A stretch of DNA of 64,000 bases from Eledone cirrhosa (taxonomy: Eukaryota). The position numbers and the translations under genes were made by a program. The notes below the pieces were generated by a model. It saw only the letters and a program-made list of their open reading frames with translations. It was not told the origin of the DNA and did not search any database. Each line of letters begins with the position of its first letter. Position 1 is the first letter of the stretch. Positions 1-13,997 of the stretch are shown piece by piece. The DNA is taken from contig OZ024741.1 in assembly GCA_964016885.1 (NCBI GenBank), positions 297,476,001-297,540,000 of the forward strand, given 5' to 3'.

Positions 1-259
1 AGGGGAGGTGGACTGAGTGAGAGGTGGAGAAGTGTTTCCATCTCTCTATATAAGATGACATGACGGACGAACAGACAGTACTGTGTGCTAGAAAGAACAG
101 TAAATTCTCCTCCAACTCATCTCCATTCGGTTTTTGGAAAATAAGTCGACAGCGAGCTTGTTGGAGAACAGATTAGTTGAAAACACACGAAAACCCTTAA
201 TTATTATCAATTTTATTTAGTGGTATTAGTGGTCAACGTACAAACTTTCTTTTTACAAG

Positions 260-303
<44 letters not shown>

Positions 304-489
304 CATATAAAAACGAGAAAACTCATCGTTAGAACAGCCGAATGCTGTCAATGACAGCGATGGGCAAAAACGCCTCAGAGGACAGAGACCAGTGGCTAGC
401 AGTCACCAGAGTATATATATATATATATATATATACATACAGAGAGAGAGAGAGAGTATGTGGTGCAGAGACCATGGGGGGAGGGGGGT

Positions 490-750
490 CACTAATCATG
501 GGATTACTCAATGCAAGGGGAGATGCAGAACCAGGTACTCTGTCAAAAGCTTTTTCTAGATCACTAAAAGCAAGATATAATGGCTTATCCATGGCTACTT
601 CTCTTGGAGTTGTCTCTCTAAGAAGAGAGGGCACCTGTAGTATTTTTCCCATGCATAAAAACCGAACTGCATCTTACCTAATTTTACTCTTTTCCTAATT
701 AGCTATGCTAGAACTCTTTCCTTCACTTTTATAACTTGGTTCATCAGTTT
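490..750 (-). mobile_element. RTE-clade LINE RT fragment (decayed)
   Basis: Minus-strand translation includes KPLYLAFSDLEKAFDRVP, the RT motif shared with the other RTE copies in the window. Confidence 0.75.
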
Positions 751-1133
751 TGTTGAGAATAAATAAGTGACATAGTCACTACTTTAAAACTCATAGCGAA
801 TAGTCTTCAAAATATTTTTAATTAAACATATTGCCAAATATACTATACATACATTGCTAATACCTAATTTTTGCTGGACCGGCAATCGCTCTGTTTAATC
901 AGTCCTTAAATATTACTGGAATTCTATAAGAATCCAGCTTCTATAATTCTCAGCAGAGGCAAGGGAGTGTGTGGTCTTGATAAAAGCTAACAAGCGAGAA
1001 ACAGACTGTCGATCACTCTCCTTTGTTTTTGCCAAGAATAAGTGACATAGTCACTACTTTAAAACTCACAGCGAATAGTCTTCAAAATGTTTTTAATTAA
1101 ACAGAGTATATTACCAAATATACTATACATACA

Positions 1134-1180
<47 letters not shown>

Positions 1181-1320
1181 CGAGCTCCAGCTGTTCGGAT
1201 CTAGCTGTCGAAACGGCCGGAGCTCAGCCGTCGGGGTCCTGACTCTTTTCCTATTACCCATAGTATCGACTACTCTGGTGCATTATGGTCCACCTGGTTC
1301 CTTACCACACTTTCTTTGTG

Positions 1321-1375
<55 letters not shown>

Positions 1376-1531
1376 TGCATGTATGAGTATATATACATAT
1401 ATACATGCATCAGGAAATAGAATGAGAAATAAAAGAATAGAAACAGATGAAAGTGAGAAATGGAATGGAAAAGAATTTATTTTGGAGAGAAAGCATGTGT
1501 GTGTTCAGTTAGATATATGTATAGATGTGTA

Positions 1532-1587
<56 letters not shown>

Positions 1588-2070
1588 CTTCAAGATTAAA
1601 AATGACAGACACAGAAAAAACATAGGGTTTCCCAGGATGGTTGATGTAAGAAGACAAGGTAAGTAGCCTAGTATGCAGATAGTAGTGAGCTTAGGTGGTG
1701 TTGGAGTGTTTGCATTTATCATTGGTGCACGTTTCCTTGTGGTTGATTAGATGATATATAGAACTTCTGATAAGAGTCCAATTAGATCCCAAAAAATGAT
1801 TAAAGATATTTATCCATTTTTCAATCTACATGGAAATTCATATTTTCCAGCATGCCTACATATTAGATATGTGTATATATTTATACATGTTGGTGTAGTT
1901 TCAGTTAAACACTCTGCATCTATACTGATATAACTTTATCATATTCTTTGGTTGCTAATGCACTTCTCACTATATATGGTGTGATGTGGATACATGGGAA
2001 TGTGTGTGTGCGTGTGCGTGTCCCTGAATGGTTTTTCGTAACTGTACTCCTTGTTGTTGTTATTTACTTT

Positions 2071-2114
<44 letters not shown>

Positions 2115-2234
2115 GTATGTATAGTATATTTGGCAAAAAACATACATTCATGTACATATGGTATATTGCCAAATATACTATACATACATTCATGTATACA
2201 TCGCTATTTCAGAGCACCAATCCTTCTATATATA

Positions 2235-2900
2235 TATATGTTCCGATGGATGTGTAATAGTAATATACGTGAACGGCAAAGCATAAATGAATTGAGAGAG
2301 AGACTGAGCATAAGAGGAATCAAATGCTGTGTGCAGGAGAGGCGGTTGCGCTGGTATGGACATGTGATGTGTATGAAGGACGACAGTTGCATAAAAAGGT
2401 GCAGAGCACTAAAAGTCAATGGAAGCCTTGGAGTGGGGAGACCCAAGAAGACCTGGGATGAGATGATAAAAGATGACCTTGCCCAATCGGATCTCTCAAA
2501 GGTGATGACACAAGACCGTGACCTCTGGCGTCACACAGTAATACAGAGGACCCGACTTCCCACGGGTACAAGCCGAAGCTGAAGTATATAGACAATATGC
2601 CCCCCACCCCCTCCCACTAAAGTGGTCATGTAGGTGTCACAACTAAAAAAATTACCCAGCCCACACTGTAAAGTGGTCGTGTAGGCACCACAGTAAAAAA
2701 GCACCCAGCACTCACTGTAAATGAGGTTGGTGTTAGGAAAGGCATGCAGCTGTAGAAATCAAGCCAAAATCAGTTCCCGTATGAGCAAGACAAGGCCACC
2801 TGACCTGGCATTGCCCACAACAGGACAACCTGTCTAACCCATATTAGTGTGGAAGAATGAACATAAAATTGTGATGATGAATAAAATGATGATGATGATA
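2235..2900 (+). mobile_element. RTE LINE 3' end followed by RTE-associated repeat tail ending in (GAT)n
   Basis: ORF 2028..2582 ends in ERRLRWYGHVMCM...GRPKKTWDEMIKDDL...QDRDLWR (RTE C-terminus). It is followed by the 'ctgtaaagtggttggtgttaggaagggcat' tail that recurs throughout the window. Confidence 0.8.
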
Positions 2901-3480
2901 TGTGTGCGTGTTTATCTCTCTCCCAGAACTTAGGAATTCAACAAAAAGACACTGATAAAATAAGATCGACTCTTGAAAAAACTTAGTACTGGGGCCGATA
3001 TTATAGATTAAATTTTAGGCTGTACCCAAGCATAGCCATAGTCTAATGAGTGAAACCATTAAAGGAATAAAAGACAAGAAAACAAAGAGAACTGGAAGCA
3101 GTCTTCAAATTGATATCTGATGAAGATGAGTTAATGGATGCTGTTTATTTCAAGAATTTATGTTCCCACGACAACTGTTCAATGTATTCCCCAAGGAAAG
3201 AAAGTATATTCTTGCAGAATTAAGAAAAAGTAATAAAATAAAGTAAAACATGCTGGTTTATATTTTTATCATCATCATTCATTATTATGATTAACTCTTT
3301 TGATACCAAGCCACCTGAAGCCACCCTAGTTCTGTTATACAAAACTGTGTTTTAAAATGTCTATATTTATCTAGAAAACTACCATCATTTTTTGTAAGAA
3401 CCTTTGTTATGCAATGTTCCAAACACCAGCTTAATAATGAGAAAGTAAGTCATATTACTCATCATCCTGTTCCCGCACCT

Positions 3481-3860
3481 GGTGCAGCCACTCAGTGAGG
3501 TGCCCCTCTTGATATACAACTGGTGCAGCCACACAGTGAAGTGCCCCTCTAGATATACAACTGGTGCAGCCACTCATTGAGGTGCCCCTCTATATATACA
3601 ACTGGTGCAGCCACTCATTGAGGTGCCCCTCTAGATATACAACTGGTGCAGCCACTCATTGAGGTGCCCCTCTAGATATACAACTGGTGCAGCCACTCAG
3701 TGAAGTGTCCCTCTAGATATACAACTGGTGCAGCCACTCAGTGAAGTGCCCCTCTAGATATACAACTGGTGCAGCCACTCATTGTAGTGCCCCTCTAGAT
3801 ATACAACTGGTGCAGCCACTCAGTGAAGTGCCCCTCTAGATATACAACTGGTGCAGCCAA
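3481..3860. repeat. 41-bp minisatellite, about 9 copies
   Basis: Unit GGTGCAGCCACTCAGTGAAGTGCCCCTCTAGATATACAACT; period 41 (copies start at 3481, 3522, ...). Confidence 0.95.
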
Positions 3861-4085
3861 TTGTAGGGTTGCCACTCTAGATGCTTTTGCAGTCAGTCAG
3901 TGGTCTCTATTCTCCATCATGTGTAGAAGGGCCTCAGTGTTGTGACCAGTCTAGTTTTTGATGTTGTCGGACCAGGATTTTCTTTGTCTGCCTCTTCTTC
4001 GCCCTTCCTCGACTGTGCCCTGAAGGATGGTTTTGGACAAGGAGTTGTGGTGGGATATATGACCATACCAGGTAAACTTTCATCT
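3860..4085 (-). mobile_element. RTE LINE C-terminal fragment contiguous with the 41-bp array
   Basis: Minus-strand translation WYGHISHHNSLSKTILQGTVEEGRRRGRQRKSWSDNIK is a typical RTE C-terminus. Confidence 0.75.
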
Positions 4086-4919
4086 TTATTATAATAGATA
4101 AACAGTGATATTACTAAATACCTCTAAATTCTTGATTAGTTTCAAAATTATTTGAAAATCATAGGTAAATGTTTAATATCAACAACATTAACACCAATTT
4201 TCTAAATCTACAAGGGTTGGCTGACCAAGGTACTCTCATGGAATGACCAAATGAGGGTGATTTTTCAACATAGCTCCTGGAAAGAAATAATGCAGTTATT
4301 AAAAAGAAGAGTTGAAATTAATGCATGCAAGATTTCACAGCTCCAGTATCACACCTTCAAAGGGGGTTTGATTCCTGGACTGGGTGATGCATTGTGTCCT
4401 TGAGCAACATTGTAATGTGGTTGTTTTGGTGCTACAAAAAAAATAAAAATCCCCAGTCTACACTAAGTGGTCATGTTGGTGACATGAAAAAAAGCGTCCA
4501 GTCCACACTATAAAGTGGTTGTGTAGCTGTCACGATAAAAAGTTCCCAGTACACACTGTAAATGTAGTTGGAGATAGGAAGGATATCTAGCCATAGAAAC
4601 CAAGCCAGAAACAGTTCTGTATGAGCAAAACTGATCTAGGTTGTCTCACAACTCTAACCCAGGCTAGAGTAGAAAAATGGACATTAAATGGTGATGATGA
4701 TGTGTATATATATATATATATATATATATGATGATGTCTATATACATACACACATGTATATATATATCATCATAAATAGTTATGATGATATATATATATA
4801 TATATCATCATTACTGTTTATGATGATATATATATACATGTGTGTATGTATATAGACATCATCATCACCATTTAATTTATATATATATACACTTATATAT
4901 ACATGTGTGTGTGTGTGTA

Positions 4920-6255
4920 TATAATAATAATAATGAAATTATTGTGAAAAGTGCTCAGGTGCATGTATAGTACATAGAATAATATACAAATGTCAAGGAA
5001 GTGAATAGTGTATGAGTCATGATATATGTATGTATGTGTATGGAGGGGGAACATTAGGTGTAGTGTTGGCACATCTCAGGAAGCATGGAGGTTTTAAAGG
5101 ATGCAGTGTCTCCACAGCTAACAACTGACGCAGATAGTTTGTTCCATGCTTCAGCAACTCTGAGCGTGAAAAGATGTTTCCGAAAGTCATGGGAACTGTG
5201 CTGTTTTCTGACTTTGTGGGCATGTCCACGCGTGTTAGACACATGGAAATCAAAAAGGTACTCAGGGTTGTTGTTAGCAAGATGGTTAACAATTTTGTGG
5301 GTGTTTACCAAGTCAGTTGCCAGGCGTCGGAGCTTCAATGTAGAGAAGCAAGGCGTTCAGAGTATGGTAGATGCTTAATAGAGGGTATTCGCTTGGTTGC
5401 ATGTCTCTGAACAGTTTCCAGGCGGTCAATGTTCTGAGCAAGATAGGGGTTCCAGACTGGTGATGCACTGGTGATGCAAAAAGTGTGGCCGCACCATAGC
5501 CATGTACAGCCTTAAATAGATAGCTGGAGAGCGGCTGACAAAGGTCTTGCTGAATGAAGCTAAGACACCCTCAGCCCTCTTGACAATTTTAGAGATGTGC
5601 TTCGTCCAATGCAAATCGCTGCTGGCCGTAATGCCCAGGTCACGTTCACAAGAAGACTTCTTGATATTAGTGCTGCGGAGGGAGTATGTGGACGCTGGGT
5701 TTTTACTCCCAAAATGCATGGTGGTGCACTTGTCCACAGCTAGCTTGAGTTGCCAGTCTGAGATCCATTGTTGCATTGTGTCCAGGTCAGACTGCAAGCA
5801 AGATCTATAGTGTTCAGGATCTGTCCTTTTTATCTCAAGGTACAGCTTGATGTCATCTGCATACTTTAGTACTGTGGCATTCTTTAAGTTGGCATCTATG
5901 TCATTAATATATGCCACAAACAAAAAGGGGCCAAGAACAGATCCCTGTGGTACACCAGATGACATCTCATATGGTGAGGAATGCTGTCCCAGAACCGTGA
6001 CTACCTCTCTTCGACTGAGAATGAAGGACTTCAGCCAGTTAAAAAGATCATCATTCACACCCATTGCAGAGAGTTTTGCCATAAGCTTCTTGTGTGGCAC
6101 AGAATTGAAAGCTTTCGCAAAGTCAAGGTAAACAACATCCACCCATGAGCTGCTATCAGTGATCCGGGTGATGTCTTCAAGAAACTCGATAAGTTGATCA
6201 CAGCAGCTGGAGTTGGGGATAAATCCAAATTGCGAGGGCTGGATAAGACTGTAGT

Positions 6256-6257
<2 letters not shown>
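4920..6257 (-). mobile_element. 5'-truncated CR1/L2-type (jockey superfamily) LINE, RT domain plus 3' UTR
   Basis: ORF 5426..6352: QFGF...VDVVYLDFAKAFNSVPH...SGVPQGSVLGP...YADDIKLY...ERDLG. The C-terminus has TRGHAHK...FTLRVAEAWNKL, and the element ends in an (ATT)n tail near 4920. Confidence 0.9.
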
Positions 6258-6309
<52 letters not shown>

Positions 6310-6339
6310 ACTGTAGTTTTATATATATATGGTGCAGCA

Positions 6340-7730
6340 GCATCATTGTCAAGTGCTAAAAGGGTAAAAGAGATGAACCTGATAGAGGAAACTATAGAGG
6401 CATCAAGTTGATGGACCAGGTCATGAAAGTAACACAAACTGTCATTGCACAGCTGATTAGAGACCGAGTTAATCTAGATGAGATGTCGTTTGAATCTGTG
6501 CCAGGTAAAAGCACCACAGGTGCTCTCTTCCTTGTAAAGCAGCTACAGGAGAAGAAAGCTGCTCTACCTGGCATTGGTTGATTTGGAGAAGGCTTTTGAC
6601 AGAGTCCTCCATGCCATAATCTGGTGGGCTTTTAGAAAACTTGGATTAAATGAATGGTTTGTGAAGGCTGTACAAGCCATCAGCAAAGTTAGGATTAACA
6701 ATTACTATAGTGAAGAATTTGGTGTGCAGGTTGGCATCTACCAAGGCTCTGTTCTTAGCCCTCTCCTGTTTATTATCATAGTTCAGGCTATAACAGGAGT
6801 TCAAGACTGGTTGCTCATGGAAACTCTTGTACGTCGATGATCTCACACTCATAGTAGAATCTATGGTGAAACTAGAGAAGAAATTCCAAACATGGAAGCA
6901 GGGCCTCGAAACAAAGGGTCTTAAAATCAACCTGACAAAGACTAAAGCCCTAGTAAGAAGAAAGTAAAACAGAGCCCTGATCCCCCCAAAGAAATGGCCT
7001 TGCTCAGTGTGTAGGAAAGGTGTAGGGAGGAATTCCATCGTCTGTCTCAAATGCAAACTATGGGTACACAAGATGTAGTGGGATCTCAGGTAGTCTAGCT
7101 AAGGAGATAAGTTTTACATGTAGCCATTGCACTGGAGCAGTAAGCAGCAAATAACCACAGGAAACAAGTGCTATAAAATTTTGGGAAGATTTGGAAGAAG
7201 CAGCAGACAGCTTCTGCTACCTGGGTGACCAAATTAGAAACGGAGGTGGGTGGCCCGAAAGTACAGTAGCCAATGCGAGAAGAGGATGGAAGAAGTTCAG
7301 GGAGCTACTACCACTGCTAGTTACAAAAAGCTTTTCACTTAAAATGAAAGGCAGACTGTATAGTGTGTGCAGATGAACAAAAATGTTGCATGGTTGTGAG
7401 ACTTGGGTGGTGTGTGTAGAAGATTTACAAAGTTTGGAAAGAAATGAAGCTTGCATGCTCCACTGGATGTGTAACAGTAATATACAGGAATGTCAAAGCA
7501 TAAACAAACAGAGAAAAACTAGGCATAAGAGGAAACAGATGCAGTGTGCAGGAGAGAAGATTGCATTGGTATGGACATGTGATGCATATGAAGGATGACA
7601 GCTGTATAAAAAGGTGCAGAGTGCTGAAAGTTGGTGGAAGCTTTGGAGTAGGAAAACTCAGGAAGACTAGGGATGAAGTGATGAAAGCTGACCTTGCCCA
7701 ACTGCACCTCTCAAAGGCCATGACATCCTA
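6340..7730 (+). mobile_element. Degenerate RTE LINE (RT through C-terminus)
   Basis: Frameshifted pieces DLEKAFDRV, GIYQGSVLSPLLF, KWPCSVCRKGVG, DSFCYLGD, LHGCETW and ERRLHWYGHV. Confidence 0.9.
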
Positions 7731-8889
7731 ACACCACTCCCTTCGTCCAGGTCCCTCCTCCCCTTGCACCTCCTATATCCTAACACTCCACCCTTGCCCA
7801 AACACTCTTACCCTCGATCTTCCTACCCATTCTCAACATATCTCCGCCCACCCAAATCCCCAGTCCACACTGTAAAGTAGTTGTGTAGGTGTCACAACAA
7901 AAAAGATACCCAGCACACAGTTGTAAATGTGGTTGGTGTTAGGAAGGGCATTCAGCTGTAGACTTATTTTCTGAAAATGGAATGGGTCTGGGGGGTTGGA
8001 GGCGAATTTACTGCTATTTCTAGCACACAGATACAATCTCTTCGTCCGTCATGCTATCAATAGAGAGAGGTAGAAACACTACAGCTCTCACTCAAACCAC
8101 CTCTTTCTCTCTCCAACTAAAACCTTTCTACATTTTTTTCGTTTCTGGCTGGCCGGCCTGACATCTGACTCACTATCTCTCTCCCACTACCTCTTTTTCT
8201 CTATCTGTATGAATATATATATATATATATATCATCATCATCATCATCATCATCACCGTTTTACGTCCGTTCTTCCACGCTAGCATGGGTTAGACGGGTT
8301 GTCCTGTTGCGGGCAGTGTCTGGTCGGCTGACCATGCCTTGCTCATACAGGAACTGATCTGGCTTGATTTCTACAGCTGGATGCCCTTCCTAACACCAAC
8401 CTCATTTACAGTGAGTGCTGGGTGCTTTTTCGTGGCGCCTACACATCCACTTTACAGTGTGGGCTGGGTGCTTTTTTGCCGTGGCACCTCCACGACCACC
8501 TTGCGGTGGGGGGAGTGGGGCATATTGTTTATATGCTTCAGCATGTACCCATGGGAGGTCGGGTACCCTGTATTACTGCGTGACGCCAGAAGTCACGGTC
8601 GTGTGTCATTGTCTTTGAGATATATATATAAAAAGGAAGTTTGTTTGTATGTTGACCACTAATAACACTAAACAAAATTGATAATGATTAAGGTTTTTCA
8701 TGAGTTTTCAACTAATTTAAACTGCATTATTGCTTCTGCATGTATGTGCACCTGTGCTTGTCTGTGAGTCTTTTATATTGTTTGTGTGTGCACGTTTGTG
8801 TGTTTGTGTCTGAATTCTTTTGTATATATATATATATATATATAGTGCGGACTTGACTGGCTAGATTTAATTAACAGCAGCACTAATGT

Positions 8890-9175
8890 AGCATGATATA
8901 GAATAAAGTTGAAATGGAAAATATATTTTTCAAATCTATAAAATGCACCAGCAGTTATAGCAAGTAGAGAAATTCTTCCCGTTGAACATGATTTCAACAT
9001 TAACACTGAGGCTGAAATAGAGGCAGCTATCAAAGGCCCTGGGCTGGTGACTTTCAATATGCAGATGATATTGGCCTTTTGGAAAATGAATTTGAAAGCA
9101 GTCAAAACAACTTGACATACAGACCTCTACAGCTAAAGATGTATGTCTGTTAATTAACATAGACAAAACAATCTG
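8890..9175 (+). mobile_element. Internally deleted non-LTR RT fragment
   Basis: Translates to QYADDIGLLENEF...LLINIDKT, an RT YADD region. Confidence 0.55.
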
Positions 9176-9179
9176 GTAT

Positions 9180-9590
9180 GCTGCCACACAACCTTGAATT
9201 GAAGAAGGCCACAGTCATCATGCTTCTCAGAAACCTGGATCAGCCAAGATTGTGTAATGGGACATGTATGGTTGTGACTGAACTATAGTCTTACATGATC
9301 AAAGCCAAACTCCTCACTGGATGTGGTATGGGAGACATCGTATTTATACCTAGAATGCTGCTAATACCAACATATGTTCCCTTTCGTTCCAAATAATTGC
9401 AATTGCCTGTGAAAGTCAGCTATGGAATGACCATTAACAAGTCACAAGGTTAAACCCTGCAGGTTGTCGGTCTCCATCTCATATGGTCAATAGTATGTAG
9501 GTTGCTCCAGACTAGGAAGACTCCACAAACTCTTCATATATGCTCCAAAGAAAAAAGTTAAGAACGTTCTATATACTGAAGTAAATTATT
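9180..9590 (+). mobile_element. Helitron PIF1-like helicase C-terminal fragment (pseudogenised)
   Basis: IMLLRNLDQPRLCNGT...LLTGCGMGDIVFIPR...QLPVKVSYGMTINKSQG*TLQVVGL...YVGCSR...KNVLYTEV. Confidence 0.85.
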
Positions 9591-10532
9591 TATAATTTTT
9601 GTAGAATACATTTTTCTATTATTTTCTTTCTTTATTATACATCACCTTCTTTTCTGAAAATGAAATGGGGTGTGGGGTGGGGTGCATGGCGTGGTGAAAC
9701 CTCAGATTTTTCCAGCCATTTCTTCTGTGTGAATAACAGAGGCGGGAAGGGAGGGGGTGACACTCGGAGTTACAGATAAGCAACTCTCATCCGTTTAAAT
9801 TTATAGAAAAGCAATCCCTTGATATTGAATGATGTTTTGATCTTTCATCATTTTATACTGTTGAGGAAAGCATTGTAAGCTTAATTAATTAAGTGTTCTC
9901 CAATTTACAAATCATCATCATTATTGTTATTGTCACCACTAGAACCATCATCACCACTATAATCACTTCAGCTATAATTGACAAATGATAACACAGTAAG
10001 TTACCTTGAGAGTAGTCACGGCAACTAAAGGGACATTTAGTGGAGGTGATTAATTTATAAGTACTGTTAGTTAATTGGTGTATAAGGTGTATACATTACA
10101 TAGATGATTATGTGTGTGTGTTGGATCTCTGTCACTTCCAGTGATGAGTGTTCCAGTTGTTTGATCAACTGAATGGCCTGTTCATGAAATTATCAAGTAA
10201 GTGCTTGAGTATTCCACAGACACGATTACCCATAACACAATTTTCAGGGAGATTCAGCCAAATGTTGTTGGTGTTAGGAAGGGCATGCAGCTGCAAAAAC
10301 CATGTTAAAAATCAGTTCTGTATGAGCAAGACAGGGTGATCCAACCTGGCTTGTCTCATAATGAGACGACTCGTCTAGCTCATGCTAACATGGAAAAATA
10401 GTCGTTAAACAGTGATGATGATGATGATTCAGCATGTCACAATTTGTGACAAGCCTTGTAAAAATAAAGTGTCTTGCTCGAGTACACAATTCACTGCTAT
10501 CTTCTTTATGAGTTCTTTATGTGTATATGAAG

Positions 10533-10865
10533 ATGGCATCAAATTGGCAGAGTTGTTAGAACGTTTGGATAGAACACTTTGCAGTATTCATTTCGGCTCT
10601 TTGTTCTAGCTTTAGAATGCTTTAGCCTCTCCCACCGAGGTCAACTTTGCTTTCATCCATTCGAGGTTGATAAAAAAAGTACCAGTCTAGTACTGAGGTC
10701 AATTCTCCTTCTCACTTCCATTCTCTCACTCACTATCCTTCTCTGGAAGAAATCTGCTGTGTTCAGAGGAGATGGGCTTCACCAGGTTTAAAAATGCCCT
10801 AAAAATGCTGTATTTCAATATGGCGCCCCTACGACTCCCCCAGGAGTTATGGGGCCATGCATGCA
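10533..10865 (+). mobile_element. tRNA-derived SINE, long-tail subfamily
   Basis: Head 'aattggcagagttgttagaacg', core 'gaggtcaactttgctttcatccattcgaggttgataaa...taccagt' and tail 'cccctacgactccccaggagttatggggccatgcatgcatg'. Related copies lie at about 45100-45450, 48455-48740, 51655-51945, 52185-52435 and 53490-53810. Confidence 0.75.
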
Positions 10866-11099
10866 TGTGTATATGAACAGTTTGAAGCATTTACAGCACC
10901 ATCTTCAGAATCAATAGGGTGTATTGGTTACATGCTTAGCAGTGGTCGTAAATCATGATACCAACTCATGATAGACTTAATACACACCCTAAGCTACACA
11001 AGACTTTACACTAGGAATTGGATAACAATCTTAAATTATACAACCCACTAACCTAACAAACATAATACACAACTACACTTTAGCCCCCCCCCCTGTGAA

Positions 11100-11420
11100 G
11101 GCTATAAAGAAATGAAGCAGGTATGCTCCAATAGATGTGTAATGTTAGTGAACTCAAAGAAAAACTAGACATAAGAGGAACTGGATACTGTGTGCAAAAG
11201 AGAAGACTGCATTGGACAAGTGACGTGTATGGGAGATGACAGCTGTATAAAGAAGTGGAAGATAATTTCAATAGGTGGGACTCAGGGCAGTGGTAGACCT
11301 AGAAAGACATGGGATGAAGTAGAAAAGACTGATCTTTAGGGAGCTGAACTTCACGGCAGGGATGATGAAGGACCACAAGTATTGGCGATGTATCATACTG
11401 AAGACTTGCCTACCAGCATT
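11100..11420 (+). mobile_element. RTE LINE 3' fragment
   Basis: Homologous to 2235-2580 and 7430-7730. Confidence 0.65.
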
Positions 11421-12319
11421 AAAGATGTGATGTGGCCCATTCATGCCCCCTTCCACTATCACTTCTTAGTAGCTATTTTCACCATCACTACATCCTCTCG
11501 AAAATCTTGACACACTAGCCATAACCCCTTATTACAGTGTTTCCTCATTCTATTGAAGGTGCCCTCCACTCCTCCTCATTACCCTGCCAAATCTCACTAC
11601 ACTTATACTTATTGTCCTGTATGGCAGCGAGGGCTCTACAGTTGACTCAATGACTGACAACCTCTGAAGTGCTGGTGCTGTGAAAAATGCATTAGGTATA
11701 CCCTGTAAAGTGATTGATGATAGGAAGGGCATCCTGCTGTAAAAACCATGTTAAAAAAATAAAGAGGCCTCTTCAGTTGTGTCAAGGACAAACAATCTTT
11801 CTAGTGTTGGTGATCAGCAAGATAAATGCACCAAGTGCACTCTTGTAAAGTGATTGATGATAGGAAGGGCATCCAGCCATAGGAAACCTGCCAAACTATG
11901 GGATGGGATGACTCATCAGCTGTGTCAAAATCATGACAACTCACCTAATGCTGGTGCATTAATGCAGTTGGTAGAATTTGGATCATACGCGAGGTCAGCT
12001 CTGCTTGAGCTTGTATGTATATGTATATATATATATATATATCACTGAAGCGTATAGACAGTATTCCCCCACCCACTGTAAAGTGGTTGTGTAGGCACCA
12101 TGGTAAACAAGCACCCAGTACTCACTGTAAATGAGGTTGGGGTTAGGAAGATGTAGAAATAAGCCAAAATCAGTTCTATATGAGCAAGACATGGTCACCT
12201 GACTGGGCATTGCCCACAACATGAAAACCCATCTAACCCATGCTAGTATGGAAGAATGGACGTAAAATGGTGATGATGATGAGGATGATCATTATCATCA
12301 TTTTATGTTCACGTGGGAT

Positions 12320-13997
12320 GAGTCTTTTTCAGCACAGCATCTCTCCATTCGTCACGGTCCTTCGTCATCTCCTCCGTGAGCTTCAGCAATCTGAGGTCAG
12401 CTCCCACCACTTCCACTCATGTTTTTCGTGGTCTTCCTCTACTGTGTCTTCTTTCCACTGGGATTTCTTGGCACTTCTTCACCCAGCGGTCATCTTTCAT
12501 GTGCATCATATGGCCATACTAACGCAGTCTTCTCTCCTGCACATTACAGTTTATCCCTCTTATACAGTTTCACTCTCAACTCATCTATGCTTGGTCATTC
12601 ATGCACATTGACATTGTACATCCATCGTAGCATGCTTGTTTCATTTCTCTCCAGCCGCCGCATATCCTCTGCAGTTGCTGCTCATGTCTCACTACCGTGC
12701 AGCATCAAGCATCTCACACAGGCATCATATAACTGGCCTTTCGTTCATAGGGAGAAATCCTTCTTTGTCAACAGAGGAAGCAGCTCCCTAAACTTCTTCC
12801 ATTCTGTCCTTATTCTAGATTATATGACCTTGGAGCATCCCCCTCCTTTGCTAATCTGATCACCTAGGTATCGGAAGCTATCAACCACCTCTATAGATCC
12901 TACCTGCATTTGAAAAATGTACCTATCACTGACAGTTCTACTATCAAATCTCCCTGAATATCTACTGCATATGAAGTTTTCTCTTCCTGTTAGTTTGCCT
13001 GCTATCCCACTACCTCTCTTGTGTACCCAAGATCTGCATTGTGTACAATCTATAGAGTTTATGCCAACTCCTTTTCTACATATCAAACATGGCCATTTCC
13101 CCGATGGAATCAGAGTTTTGTCCCCTTTCCTACTAAACACTTTAGTCTTTGCTAGGTTCACACGCAGTCCTCTTGATTCCAACTGCTGTTTCCATAGACG
13201 GAATTTATTCTTTAGCTCCTCTGATTCTGCTATAAGTACCAGATCGTCAGCATAGAGAAGTTCCCAGCCAGTCTTAAACTCCTCTGTTATGGCTTGGAGA
13301 AATATAATTAATAAGAATGGGCTGAGGACCGAACCCCAATGAATTCCTACTTGTATCTGGAATTCCTCACTAAACTCCATTCCTATTCTCACTTTATTGA
13401 CAGCTCCTCTATACATAGCTTGCACTGTCCTCACAAGCCATTCTTCTACACCTAGTTTCTTTAGAGACCACCAGTCTATCAAAGGCTTTCTCTAGATCAA
13501 CAAAAGCTAAATATAGTGGCTTATTCTTCTCTAAGAACCTTCTTGTAGTTGTCTCACTAAGAAGAAGGCATCTGTTGTACTTTTCCCAGGCACAAAACCG
13601 AACTGCATCTCATCTAACTTGACCCTTTCTCTAATTAGTTGTGCTAATATTCTCTCTGCCACTTTCATAACCTGATCCATCAGTTTTATACCCCTATAAT
13701 TACTCTTCTCCAGAGCATCCCCTTTACCTTTGTAGCAATTTACAAGAATACTGCTGCACCAGTCTTTGGGTATGACTGCCATATATAGCTTGATTGATGA
13801 TGCGTGCAACCAGTTTAGTTCCTACTTCTGATGCCTTCAACATCTCAGCAACTGTCCCTGACGGTCCAGCGGCTTTACGACTTTTCATTTCCTTAATTGC
13901 CTCTTCGACCCTATATTTGTCAATCTCAATAGCTGGTCCCTCTGTTGGGTCTGTTGGGGGTAGTTTTTCTCTCTCCCATTCATTCTCAACATTCATC
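12320..13997 (-). mobile_element. Degenerate RTE LINE (RT region)
   Basis: ORFs 13531..13809 (YKGKGDALEKSNYRGIKL...MQFGFVPG) and 12820..13482 (WELLYADDLVL...KWPCLICRKGVG). Confidence 0.92.

Noticed and set aside
1278-2257. ORFs with YIYI/HTHT/VCVC runs here and elsewhere
   Set aside because: Microsatellite translations.
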